Assembly: GCA_026391845.1 (NCBI GenBank)
Contig: JAPLDG010000338.1
Span: forward strand, 1-59,907
DNA from: Bacteroidota bacterium
GTDB taxonomy: Bacteria; Bacteroidota; Bacteroidia; Bacteroidales; FEN-979
DNA length: 59,907 nt
Direction: 5' to 3'
Positions 7,858 to 18,500 of the stretch are shown piece by piece. Both the position numbers and the translations under genes were made by a program. Below the pieces are notes generated by a model. It made no database searches. It was not told the origin of the DNA and worked only from the letters and a program-made list of their open reading frames with translations. The stretch's first letter is position 1. The number at the start of each line of letters is the position of its first letter.

Positions 7858-10800
7858 TTAATCTCTGGCGGCTATTTGCATGGCCCCTTTGAGGATGATG
7901 CTCATCCCGGCAGCAAATTCAAAATGGAATTCCCTGACACAAGGTGTCAGGAATTTCACGCTGAGCAAGGTAAAATTATCAGGATTAATGATCGCTCTGA
8001 CCTGATTGGTCTCATAAATATATTGCCCCCCGGCCAAACTCAGGGTTCTGATATTATCCTGATCCTTATAGACCAGCATGATCTTTTCAGGCAATCGGCT
8101 GATTAAAAAGCCTGCCGCTTCCTGATTCAGTGATTTTGCAGAGAGCGAAATCCCCGGTTTATCGGCAAAGGGGCGGCCACTGCTGGGGCAGAAAGTTGTG
8201 CAGTTACCGCATTCGTTGCAGAGGTCGCGGATATTCAGAATTTGAAATTGCTGACCAACCCTGAATATCTTATCCGCTTCAATGGCAATGGTGCCATCAT
8301 CCTTTAAAACCGCCTTTTGAAGGGAATAGCTGACTGGTTCAATCTGGTATCCGAAGTTGGCCAGGTTTGGGCAAACTGAAACGCATACATTGCAGATTTC
8401 ATCACATTGCAGGCATCGCGACGCTTCTTTGCGCGCCTCTTCTGCAGTCAGAGAAGCGATGACCATTTCAAAATTCTGACGATTATCCAGGGCGGTTTCC
8501 ATCGGGTGAAAGCCATATTCTCGAGTGGCCTTGCGATGCAGCAGAGACTGAAGGGTTGAGGCCCCTTCCCCTGCCACTCTCGCGAAAAGAGAGGGGAGGA
8601 CCCCACCCCCGACCCCTCCCCTTGCAGGGGCGGGGAGAAAGTGCTCCATATCTGTGAGAATCTCCAGCGCCGCTTTTCGGCCATCGGCAATGGCATTGAT
8701 GGCTGTAGATGCGCCACGCAGGGCATCACCACCGATGTAAAGCTTGGGGATTCTTGTTTTATACTCTCCCCTGACGGTCTTAAGATCCTCAGGATCAATA
8801 AAATTGATATCCAACTGCTGTCCGATGGCAGGAATAATGGTGTCGCATGAAATTTCAAAGTCCGAACCGGGGATGGCGACTGGGGAAGATCTTCCATCCG
8901 GGCCCTTCAAAGTCAGCATATTGCGTGTACAGATAAGCCCGGTAACCCTGCCGTCAACCGCTTGAACACTGGTCGGATTGGTGAGTTCCAGGATTTTGAT
9001 GCCCTCCTCCAGTACTGCTTTGATTTCACCCTGATCGGCCGGCATTTCTTTGATGGTGCGACGGTAAATAATGGTCACACTCCCCTCCTTCCCGACCATG
9101 CGGCTTGCGGTTCGGGCGGCATCCATGGCAGTGTTCCCGCCACCGATGATGACTACCTGGCTACCCAGTTGAGTTGTACGGTACAACCTGACATCAAATA
9201 AAAACTCCAGAGGGTCAATCACTCCGTCTGATTCCACACCATCGATCTTCAGTTTCACCGACTTTTGCGCTCCGGCAGCGAGGAAAATCGCATCATAATC
9301 ATCCCGGAGAGCCTCAAACCGATCGACATCAATGCAATGGTTATCCTGCAAGTGAATTCCCGATGCCAGGATCCGGTCAATATCCGTTTCAATTGCCTGT
9401 GAAGTGAGCCGGAAAGAGGGGATTGCCGCTGAAACCATGCCCCCGGCCAGATTTTTCTGTTCAAAAATATCAACTTCAAAACCAGCTTTGCGCAAGAACC
9501 AGCCACACGATAAACCGGCAGGTCCCGCCCCGATGATGGCAGCCTTTCTCCCCTCTTCTCCGGGGGGAAGTGCCTGAGGTGGGGTCATTTCCACCATCTC
9601 TGGTGCCGAAAGTGTTGTCATTTCCGCGACAAATCGTTTGATCTCCCTGATTTGCAATGGTTCATCATAATTAAGCCGTGTACATTTCAACTGGCACAAA
9701 TGATCGCACACCATTCCTGTCACGGATGGAAAGGGATTGGTTCTGAAAATGGCTTCAAATGCCGCAGGAATATCGCCAGCGGAAGTGTGATGCATGTATT
9801 CGGGAATATCCTGATTGGTTGGACAGGTATCGGTACAAGGTGCATGGATGCAATCAAACCAACCGAGTTCCCGTGAAGTCTTGATGGATGGTTCAGTCAG
9901 AGAATGTTTGTGATAAGCAGGATTACCGGCGACCCGATCGGCATACTGGTTCAAATTGTATAGGGCCGGATGGGTAACATCACCGGCGGAACCTGCGACA
10001 TTTAAAATATAATCATCGATGCTGTCAGCCTGTTTTAAGGCAAATTCATCACGAAGGTTTTCGATGTACTGATGCAACCGTCCGTATCCGCCGGGTTTGA
10101 GCAAGTCACTGCACACGGTCACAGGTTTCATTCCGCAGGATAACACATCAGCAATGTTGAAACAATCTACTCCGGCTGAAAACGAGACATCCAATGCCCC
10201 ATCCAGGTCATTTTGCAGTTTTCGGGCCAACCTGATGCTGATGGGATGAAGCGCCCTGCCGCTCATGTACATCATGGGTTCCGATGACCCGAAAACATCT
10301 TTGTTATTTACACTTTCCAGTGTATTGGTGAGTTTCACACCAAACTGCAGTCCGTTTTCTCCGGAAGCCACACCGAGAGATTCCAATATTTTAAGTGCAT
10401 CGGGATATTTCAGGTCGTGTTCAAAGGCCATGTCGGGCACTTCGGCAGTAAAACCAAGCGTTTTGTTGAGTAATTGGCGCAAATCTTTCGCTCCAAGCAA
10501 GGTTGGATTTAACTTGATGGTTGTATGTAATTTCTTCTCGCGGATCAGGTACAGTCCTATCTTTTCTATCTCATCCGGGGGACAGCCATGCATGGTACTC
10601 AGGGTGACATGATCAGAAATCCTGGCCGGGATATCGATCAGATCAATGGCGGGATAAATCGAACGGATGGAATTTTTCGCAGTGGCCAGCTCTTCACTGC
10701 AATCCAGCATGCGGTTGAAGAACCATTGGACATTGGTGTTCATGATTCCTTCCAGATTATACCCCACACTCATATTAAACATCGTTCCGCATGGTCCGGC

Positions 10801-11217
10801 GAAACCAAGTTCCCGGCGCAGGACATGAATGAGGATCCAGGCATTCAGGTACTCTGCAAATGATTCATGCACTTTTAGTTCCTGCGACCACTCACAGTTG
10901 TAACCTTCGTCCTGCATGTCGATACAGGGTTTGGAAACCTCGAGTTCGTCCAATGTCTGGATGGTCTTCAATTCGATATAGCGGGCGCCGCAAAGCCATC
11001 CTGCAACAATGTTGAGTGCAAGTTGAGTATGCGGGCCGGCGGCCACTCCGACTGGTGTTTCCAGATACTGTCCATATCTTACCAATCCGAAGCGGTCGGT
11101 AGACTGCGGCCGGTAAAACAAACTGCCGGGAATACCCATAAACCTGTTTTGCCGGATTTCGGCCAGGGTGAGTTGAAGTAGGTCTGGAAGTGATACTGTG
11201 CAAAAATTTCCGGTCAC
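7858..11217 (-). CDS. ygfK: YgfK-family Fe-S flavoprotein (annotated elsewhere as 'putative selenate reductase subunit YgfK'), GltD/DPD-like
   Basis: Two Rossmann motifs (AAIIGAGPAGLSCG and VVIIGGGNTAMDAA) as in GltD and DPD. C-terminal ferredoxin-type clusters CLQCDEICNVCVSVCP and CNECGNCTTFCP, plus further Cys clusters upstream. At 1119 aa, with an XdhD-like gene and guaD nearby, it resembles the E. coli ygfK-xdhD-guaD region. Confidence 0.7.
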   Translation of the reverse strand: MTGNFCTVSLPDLLQLTLAEIRQNRFMGIPGSLFYRPQSTDRFGLVRYGQYLETPVGVAAGPHTQLALNIVAGWLCGARYIELKTIQTLDELEVSKPCIDMQDEGYNCEWSQELKVHESFAEYLNAWILIHVLRRELGFAGPCGTMFNMSVGYNLEGIMNTNVQWFFNRMLDCSEELATAKNSIRSIYPAIDLIDIPARISDHVTLSTMHGCPPDEIEKIGLYLIREKKLHTTIKLNPTLLGAKDLRQLLNKTLGFTAEVPDMAFEHDLKYPDALKILESLGVASGENGLQFGVKLTNTLESVNNKDVFGSSEPMMYMSGRALHPISIRLARKLQNDLDGALDVSFSAGVDCFNIADVLSCGMKPVTVCSDLLKPGGYGRLHQYIENLRDEFALKQADSIDDYILNVAGSAGDVTHPALYNLNQYADRVAGNPAYHKHSLTEPSIKTSRELGWFDCIHAPCTDTCPTNQDIPEYMHHTSAGDIPAAFEAIFRTNPFPSVTGMVCDHLCQLKCTRLNYDEPLQIREIKRFVAEMTTLSAPEMVEMTPPQALPPGEEGRKAAIIGAGPAGLSCGWFLRKAGFEVDIFEQKNLAGGMVSAAIPSFRLTSQAIETDIDRILASGIHLQDNHCIDVDRFEALRDDYDAIFLAAGAQKSVKLKIDGVESDGVIDPLEFLFDVRLYRTTQLGSQVVIIGGGNTAMDAARTASRMVGKEGSVTIIYRRTIKEMPADQGEIKAVLEEGIKILELTNPTSVQAVDGRVTGLICTRNMLTLKGPDGRSSPVAIPGSDFEISCDTIIPAIGQQLDINFIDPEDLKTVRGEYKTRIPKLYIGGDALRGASTAINAIADGRKAALEILTDMEHFLPAPARGGVGGGVLPSLFARVAGEGASTLQSLLHRKATREYGFHPMETALDNRQNFEMVIASLTAEEARKEASRCLQCDEICNVCVSVCPNLANFGYQIEPVSYSLQKAVLKDDGTIAIEADKIFRVGQQFQILNIRDLCNECGNCTTFCPSSGRPFADKPGISLSAKSLNQEAAGFLISRLPEKIMLVYKDQDNIRTLSLAGGQYIYETNQVRAIINPDNFTLLSVKFLTPCVREFHFEFAAGMSIILKGAMQIAARD
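8560..8637. repeat. G/C-tract hairpin element lying in frame inside ygfK
   Basis: It shares exact 11-mers with intergenic elements: GGACCCCACCC (8598-8608 = 20781-20791) and CCCTCCCCTTG (8614-8624 = 52088-52098). It encodes LPAPARGGVGGGVLPSLFARVAGEGA. The sense strand carries GGGGAGGGGTCGGGGGTGGGG. Confidence 0.7.
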
Positions 11218-11345
11218 TGTTCCTTGATTTGTTTCTGTTGGATGAGTAGGCCCAAAATTAGAGATAATGCATGAGATTTGGCGTTGAAAAATGAAAAAAT
11301 CAGGAAGATCGTTATCCGGAATGTATTTTGAGTCATTTTAGCTGT

Positions 11346-11353
11346 TAAATTTG
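11346..11353 (+). promoter_or_regulatory. Candidate Bacteroidota -7 promoter box (TAAATTTG) for guaD
   Basis: Matches TAnnTTTG and lies 27 nt upstream of the ATG at 11381. Confidence 0.3.
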
Positions 11354-11380
11354 TCACGATAAAAAAAACCGGATATTCCT

Positions 11381-11854
11381 ATGCAAGCTATTGAACCATA
11401 CATGAATGAGGCTTTTACTGAAGCATTTAATTCTGTCAGAAATAATGTTGGGGGACCTTTTGGCGCTGTTGTCGTAATGAATGGAAAAGTGATCGGAAAA
11501 GGCGGGAACATGGTAAGTTCACAAAATGATCCGACAGCCCATGCGGAGATCGTTGCCATCCGGGATGCCTGCCATAACATCAAAAACTTCGATCTTACCG
11601 GCGCAGTTCTCTACGCAACTTGTGAACCTTGCCCGATGTGCCTTTCTGCGATTTACTGGGCCAATATCCAGTCGGTTTTATATTGCTCGACACGCCTTGA
11701 TGCTGAATCCATCGGATTTAAAGACAACCATATTTATGAAGAGCTAAACCTGCTTCCTGAAGAGCGAAAAATCGAATTCCTGCATATCGGACACCCCAAG
11801 GCGGCTGATCTTTTCAGGGAATGGACTGAAAAAAACGATAAAATTCCCTATTAA
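11381..11854 (+). CDS. guaD: Guanine deaminase, small CDA-fold (Bacillus GuaD type)
   Basis: GGPFGAVVV...NDPTAHAEIVAIRDAC...CEPCPMCLSAIYWA...GF.D..IY.E. Its length (157 aa) and C-terminal tail match the B. subtilis GuaD pattern rather than TadA. Confidence 0.85.
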   Translation: MQAIEPYMNEAFTEAFNSVRNNVGGPFGAVVVMNGKVIGKGGNMVSSQNDPTAHAEIVAIRDACHNIKNFDLTGAVLYATCEPCPMCLSAIYWANIQSVLYCSTRLDAESIGFKDNHIYEELNLLPEERKIEFLHIGHPKAADLFREWTEKNDKIPY

Positions 11855-11878
11855 CAGTCAGGTTGTAATCATCAAGAA

Positions 11879-11911
11879 AATAGCCGGAACGATCTTGTCC
11901 CGGCTATTTTT
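11879..11911. terminator. Bidirectional intrinsic terminator between the convergent guaD and the 1191-aa gene
   Basis: Stem TAGCCGG / CCGGCTA, flanked by AAAA upstream and TTTTT downstream. Confidence 0.6.
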
Positions 11912-11956
11912 GATTTACAACAACTCACAGGAGCTGTTCCCGTGCAACACCGAAAA

Positions 11957-14900
11957 TTACTGCTTGAGTATTTTTTTTGTCAAGCCATTTTTTCCGTTCA
12001 CAACCCGGATGAAATAAAAACCAGTCGGTTTTCCTGAGAGTGAAAATTCCTTCTTAGATTCGCCGGTCATTTCATCCTCGAGGATCTTCTCTCCGCAGGT
12101 TCCAAATAACGCAACGTATACCTGACCAGATAAATTTTCATCCGATAGTTCGAGTGTGAACCGGCCTGTAGTCGGGTTGGGATAAACCTTGAAAAAAGAT
12201 TCATCCTGCGAAGATGGAAGAATTTCCTCCACTGCAGAAGCGACCATCGGGGCGAGCAATGTGTTGCAATACTGTCCCGAGGTCGTAATATATCCGTGCA
12301 GGTTACCTCCCAGATACACCTTTGTCCCGTTCAGATAGCTGATCTTCTGCCCGGCGATCATGGTTACGCTGCCCGTGGCCTGAACAATGTAGGTCGTTCC
12401 TCCTCCGGCAACCGTTATGGTTTGCAGGGCATTGCTGCAATTGCCCGAATTCGAAATCGTAATGCCCTGCAGGGTAAGGTCCGATGTAATTACACCAACC
12501 ACAACATCCATCACGTCGCTGCCCGCACAACCATTTTTATCAGTGGCAGTAAGGGTATAGCTCGTTGTAGATGCAGGTGAGGCCAAAGGGTTGGATAAAG
12601 TCGGGTTGGATAATGACCCGGCTGGTGACCATAGCCAGGTGTAAGGCGCCGTTCCGCCGGTTGCAGAACCGTTGAGTTGTACCGAACTGGTTTGCATATT
12701 GATGTCGGGTCCTGCATTCACGATCAGGGCATTTGCAGCAACCGAGATGTTTGCGTTTGCATAGAACGAGGTGATGATGGCTCCGGCCGGATCGCTGTAT
12801 TCACAAGCGCCGGATGTCGGCGTATCCCAGGTTAGGGTTGTGGAAATTCCTGCATTGGCCTTGAAACGGTATTGAACCAACGTTCCTGTCCCGATGCTGG
12901 CCGATGTTGCCGATGCCCATGAAAAAATCACCTTGTTGCCGGTGTGGTTTACAACAAGCAATCCGCCGGTAAGTGAAGCGTTGACAGAATGGTATCCTTC
13001 ATAGGTCATCTTGGTGGTGTCATAAATCATGGTCAGGGAAATGCTCCCGACATTGGTACAATTGGTCACGTTGACCGGGATGCTCAAATTACCTGTGCAG
13101 GAACCTGAAACGGCCCCCGGGGTGGTAGTGATGGCTGCCTGGGTCACGGTGAGCTGTGCAGGGTCAGACTGTGGTGGCTGCATCGGGCAGTAACCTCCCG
13201 AAGTCGTGATGGAACCATGAAGATAGCCTCCCTGGCTAACCTTCGTTCCGGCGAGATAGCTGATCTTCTGTCCGGCAATCATCGAGGCGTTGCCTCCCGT
13301 TTGTATAATGAAGGTGGTTCCGCCTCCAGCAACCGTAATGGTCTGTGTGGCATTGTAACATGTCGTTTGTCCGCTGCCAACAGTGTTATACTGAAGTGTC
13401 AGTGCATTGCTGAGAGATTGTGTGCATGACCCTGAAACAACACAACGGTAAAGATATCCATTCATCCCCGCAGAAGCAGGGTTGATTGTCAGGGTAGGCG
13501 TTGTTACTCCGGTGTAAGGGGAAACATTGGTGAGATTCGTCCAGGTTGTTCCGCCATTGGTACTTACCTGCCACAGATATCCCACGCCTGTTCCGGTTGC
13601 TGAAACCGAAAATGAGGTGCTCCCGGCGGCGTAAATGGTCTTGTTTACCGGCTGCACCGTTATCAGGGGCGCTGTATTGATCGTTGCACTGCCGTTGGTC
13701 CATGTTGAGAAGATTACCTGACCGCTGAGGTCGCTGAATTCGCAGTTGCCAGCTGTCTGGGTATCCCAGTTAAGGGAACTGGTACCTGACACTCCATCGA
13801 ATTTCAGCTCAACAAGCACAGATCCGCCAGCGATTGTTGCAGATGTTATGTTCGACCAACTCAGCAATACCTTGCCCCCGGAGGCGCTGGCACTGAAAAT
13901 TCCGCCTGAAACTGCCGGATTCAAATTTCCATAACCGGCATAAGTTAAGACGGATGAATTGTAACTCAGCGCCAGTGAAAACGAGGCAACTCCGATAAAA
14001 TCCGTTACATTTACCGGGATGACGATCTGGCCCGGGCAGGCAGTTGCACTGCCACTGGTGGTGAGCACATTGGGCAAAACAGTCAGTATCGCCGGGTTTG
14101 AGAAGACAACCGGCAAACAACTTCCACTTATTTTGCAACGAAACTGGTAACCGGAGAGTTCAAGCTGGGCACCGGTGACAGACATGGTGGGGGTGGTAAC
14201 CCCGGAATAGTATCCGGTATTGGTCATATCCGTGAAACTGCTCCCTCCGTTGGTGCTGATCTGCCACAGATATGACAATCCCGAACCGGTGGCTGTTGCA
14301 CCGAATGTGGTATTCTGGCCTTTGGCGATGATCCTGTTCGACGGGTGTCCGGTAACCGTGGGCAACGCAAAAATGGTTTCGTTTCCATCGACAAAAACGG
14401 AAGTGATCCTTGAACCACTGAGAACCGTGTACTCACAATTCCCTTCAGTGGCGACATCCCACGTCAGCGGGCTGGTTCCGGTGGCCGAGGTAAACTGGAG
14501 TTCTACCAGTGTGCCGCTGCCTATGGTGGCTGCCGCAGCATTCGACCAGGTCATATAAACCTTCCCACCTGTTGCATTGACCACGAAGATACTTCCAACT
14601 GCTGTAAGCGCACCGTTGAGGTTTTGATACCCTGTATAGGTCAGGCAGGAGGCGTTGTAAGAAAAGGTCAGAGAGAAGGCTGCAACATCCGTGAAATTCG
14701 TTACTGTTACAGGAACAAGGAGACTCCCCGGACAGGAACCGTTTACAGGTGTGGGTAAGGTGGTGGTGATCGGATTGATGACCGTCAGGGTAACATCATT
14801 GGTGAACACTACCGGGGTGCAGGTACCGGTAAGCCGGCAATGGTATTTGTACCCGTTGTAGGTGAGCTGGGCATTGGTGAGGCTTAGCGTTGGGGTGGTC

Positions 14901-15532
14901 ACACCCGAATAAGGCGCAACGTTTGTCAGGTTTGTCCATGTGCCGCCACCATTCGTACTCACTTGCCACAGGTAGGAGATTCCCGTACCCGCCGCAGAAA
15001 CACTAAATGAAGTATTCTGCCCCACCAGCGCAGTTCTGTCAACCGGCTGGGTATTGATTACAGGTGGCTGATTGATGGTTAAGATTCCGTTTGTATAGGT
15101 AGCCGCCAGCGTATTGCCGCTTACATCGCTGTATTCGCAGTTCCCCGATGTCTGGGTATCCCAGGTCAGGCTCGTCGTGCTGGTCTCCGTGTGAAACCTC
15201 AGTTCCACCAGGGTAGTGTTTCCAAAATTTGCTGCAGACGTGTTGGCCCAACTGATAACCACCTTGTTACCGGTTGAATTGATGATCAGAAATCCGGTGG
15301 TTAGCGAAGGGTGAAGGTTCTTGTAACCCAGATAGGTTAGTTTGGTGTTGTCAAAATTCAGCACCAGTGAAATTGCCCCGACACCATTGCAGTTGGTCAC
15401 TGTGATGGGTACCGCCGTGTCGCCGGGACAACTTGTCAGCGTCCCGGCCGTGGTGCCTATCTGGGACCGGACGATCCCGGCCCAGATCACCATCATGAAT
15501 AGTGGTAGTATTTTTAAAATCATTGTCTTCAT
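11957..15532 (-). CDS. T9SS-secreted surface protein with alternating cohesin-like and Ig-like modules
   Basis: Signal peptide. Four cohesin-like modules (...CPG..(V/I)P(I/V).VT(N/D)...(A/G)(I/F)SL.(L/F).(F/Y)(D/N)...LTY.GY.NL...). Three Ig-like modules (QPV..T...G..TSFSVSA.GTG..YLWQVSTNGG.TWTNL). Two copies of the ...TITVAGGGTT(F/Y)I(I/V)Q..G...MIAGQKISYL.GTKV... module. C-terminal T9SS sorting domain (FKVYPNPTTGRFTLEL...GFYFIRVVNG). Confidence 0.8.
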   Translation of the reverse strand: MKTMILKILPLFMMVIWAGIVRSQIGTTAGTLTSCPGDTAVPITVTNCNGVGAISLVLNFDNTKLTYLGYKNLHPSLTTGFLIINSTGNKVVISWANTSAANFGNTTLVELRFHTETSTTSLTWDTQTSGNCEYSDVSGNTLAATYTNGILTINQPPVINTQPVDRTALVGQNTSFSVSAAGTGISYLWQVSTNGGGTWTNLTNVAPYSGVTTPTLSLTNAQLTYNGYKYHCRLTGTCTPVVFTNDVTLTVINPITTTLPTPVNGSCPGSLLVPVTVTNFTDVAAFSLTFSYNASCLTYTGYQNLNGALTAVGSIFVVNATGGKVYMTWSNAAAATIGSGTLVELQFTSATGTSPLTWDVATEGNCEYTVLSGSRITSVFVDGNETIFALPTVTGHPSNRIIAKGQNTTFGATATGSGLSYLWQISTNGGSSFTDMTNTGYYSGVTTPTMSVTGAQLELSGYQFRCKISGSCLPVVFSNPAILTVLPNVLTTSGSATACPGQIVIPVNVTDFIGVASFSLALSYNSSVLTYAGYGNLNPAVSGGIFSASASGGKVLLSWSNITSATIAGGSVLVELKFDGVSGTSSLNWDTQTAGNCEFSDLSGQVIFSTWTNGSATINTAPLITVQPVNKTIYAAGSTSFSVSATGTGVGYLWQVSTNGGTTWTNLTNVSPYTGVTTPTLTINPASAGMNGYLYRCVVSGSCTQSLSNALTLQYNTVGSGQTTCYNATQTITVAGGGTTFIIQTGGNASMIAGQKISYLAGTKVSQGGYLHGSITTSGGYCPMQPPQSDPAQLTVTQAAITTTPGAVSGSCTGNLSIPVNVTNCTNVGSISLTMIYDTTKMTYEGYHSVNASLTGGLLVVNHTGNKVIFSWASATSASIGTGTLVQYRFKANAGISTTLTWDTPTSGACEYSDPAGAIITSFYANANISVAANALIVNAGPDINMQTSSVQLNGSATGGTAPYTWLWSPAGSLSNPTLSNPLASPASTTSYTLTATDKNGCAGSDVMDVVVGVITSDLTLQGITISNSGNCSNALQTITVAGGGTTYIVQATGSVTMIAGQKISYLNGTKVYLGGNLHGYITTSGQYCNTLLAPMVASAVEEILPSSQDESFFKVYPNPTTGRFTLELSDENLSGQVYVALFGTCGEKILEDEMTGESKKEFSLSGKPTGFYFIRVVNGKNGLTKKILKQ

Positions 15533-15545
15533 GGCGCACCGATTT

Positions 15546-18500
15546 TTAGTAAGATACCACTAACTTGATCATCTCGGAGAGGTTTTTGCCGCCACTGGTT
15601 TGTTCTATTTTTAATAAATAAATGCCTGGTTTAACGCTTGAAGCCCTTAAGGCAACTTTATGGGCGCCGGAGGAAAAATCACCAGTGGCAACATCCATCA
15701 CGTGAGCCCCTAAGATATTCAGCAATGAAATATGCACTTTCCCCGGATTTTCTACCGAAAACTCAACCATTGAATTTTCTGTAACCGGATTCGGATAAAC
15801 CGTCAAACCTGAGAACCCTTTTTCAGATTCGATACCGGTGAGGGTTGTGTTGATGGTCGGAATAGAGACAACCGCCCCCGGGTTTGGCGTGGCCAGTGCA
15901 TCTGCAAATTCACATTCCTCAAAAAGATCCAATGAGATGCCTGAAGAAAGGCCAGAAAGGTCTCTGGCTTTCATTTTCAGGATTACAACCACCTCATCAT
16001 TGCCGATATTCAAGGCATTCATGTCGCACCATCCCATTCTGAACAACCCGTCAACGGCCGTCCATGCGAATCCGCTCACACCATTGGCCAGACCGGCGCC
16101 GGTGATTTCCAGATACTGCTCAGGATAATAGAAGCCAAGCGAAATGGCGCCTGCCTGCATCCCTGTTTTCAGCTTCACCGGAAAATCGAATTCGCTGAAT
16201 GACTCCACCAGTTGCGAACCTTCATGAACCAATCCGACAGACGAGTTGCTTTTTTTCGCCGGACCATAGCTGGCGTTTACGTCGCCGAAACACAGCATGG
16301 TGATGTTGTTGGTCACATTGCTTCCGTTCACGGTCAGGGTACTGGTGTTATAGAGGTAATCCCCGGCAGGAAATGAAGAAATAAGGGTTGAATAACGTTT
16401 CATCACCAGCATGGCATCCGTGCCGTTGATCGTGTGGCTGTAGTTGACATCGGCTGCCGCATAGTTTATCCCGGTAAGTGGGATGATTTGGGCAAAATGG
16501 TTCAGAATGGCCAGGGCATCCGTTGAGTTTACTCCTCCCCAAACAGCCGAAGGAGTGATGGTCATTTTGTAATTTCCGGATACAAAAGAAGGGAACGTAT
16601 AAACACCCGATGCGTTTGTGGTGGTGGTTGCAATCGTTGCATTGCTGAAATTTTTAACTGTCATGGCCGCGGTCTTCATCGGGTTCGCACCTGCGTTTGC
16701 ATATTTTACCGTTCCGGTCATTACCGTATTCGTGGTGGCTAATGACGGCACCTGTGCAATAGGATAGAAATAAACCCTGCCTTTGGCTGAATTATCTGAT
16801 TTGTCGTATATCCTGTAAGTCGTCATGGTTGAATCGCCGGTTCCCCAGTAGTTATACCTTGCATTGACATCGGCTGTGGAATTGTTATAAAGTTCGTAAG
16901 TCCCATTGCTGTACAAGTTACAAGTTAACAAATCGGTGTTGCCCAGGGTATTGGTTGACGTTCCGTCAATGTAAATTCCATTTGTTGTGTTCAAGGTAAA
17001 GTCAGAGTTTTTAATGGTCAGACCGGAATTGTAACAACTTAACCCGTTGCCAACCGCCTGTGTCAGCACACAATGATCGAGGGTGGGTTGTGTGGTATTT
17101 TCGGTGCGCACATTGTAACCATTCGCTTTGCTGATATTACAATATTTCAGTGAACTGGTTGCGCCGGACCAATCGCTCCGGTCTTCGAAATAAATGCCAT
17201 TCCAATCTCCGGCAACACTACTGTAAGGTTTAAAGGTTATGATGCTGTCTACCTTGCCAACTGCATACAATTCTGCTCCGTAATTAATATTCCAGCTGCT
17301 ATATCCAAGCTGAATATTTTTTCCGGATGAAAAATTCAAGGTAATTCCCGGTTCAATAGTAAGCCGCGTGATGTCACCATATTTCCCAATCAGAATATTA
17401 TCCAGAACCACGTATTCGGTATTGTCTTTATAAATAGTCCTGTTATCAGTATAAGATCCGCCGGATAGCGCCATCAAATTGATGGTATTGGCCAGGAAAG
17501 TATTGTTTCTATGAACAGGCGCCGAGGTCCAGTCCAGGAAATTGACCGGATACCGGCCATTGTTGTTAAAAGCACAGTAGGTAAATGATCCATACCCTGC
17601 ATTGTACCTAAGGCCATCAGTTAATGCATCGGATAATGTACAATGGTCGATGGTTACACTGCCGGTGTTTTCACAAAGGACGTTGTAAGCATTTCCTTTA
17701 CTTATCGTACAGTATTTCAATTGGTTGGTCGCTCCGCTCCAATCGCTCCTATCTTCAAAATAGATGCCATTCCAATCTCCTTTAACATCACTGTACGGTT
17801 TAAAAACAATGGCACTATCGGCTTTACCAACAGCATACAATTCCCCTCCGTAATTAATATTCCAGCTGGTATATCCAATCTGAATGTTTTTTCCGGATGC
17901 AAAATTCAAAGTCAAACCAGGTTCAATGGTAAGACGCCTGACTTCGCCATATCTCCCAATCAGAATATTATCCAAAATATAGTATCCGATACCATCATTC
18001 TGAAAGGTCCGGTGTTCAGTGAGGGAGCCACCAGAATAGGCGATCAGGTTAATGGCATTTCCCGTATACGTGTTCCCGTTCAGTGTCGGGAAGGTAAGAG
18101 GTTCGGTAAAATTAAGAGGATACCTGCCATTCGATTGGATTGTCGAATTCGTAATGGTATTATAAGCGCCATAAAATTTGATTCCATCCTGAGCAGCATT
18201 TCTGACAATGGTATGGTTTAGACTGGGTTGATACGTATTTTCAAAATATAAATTATATGCATTCGCTTTTTCCACAATACAGTAATCCATCACGGATGTC
18301 GCACCACTCCAATCGCTTCTGTCCTCAAAGTAGATACCTTCCCATCCACCGGCCAGGCCATTGATGGAGGTAAAGGTTATTAAACTGTCATGAGCGCCTA
18401 TCGCATACAATTCCCCTCCATGGTTAACATTCCAGGACGAATATCCGACCTGAATATTTTTACCTGCAACCATTTTTATCGTATTTCCGGGTTCAATAGT

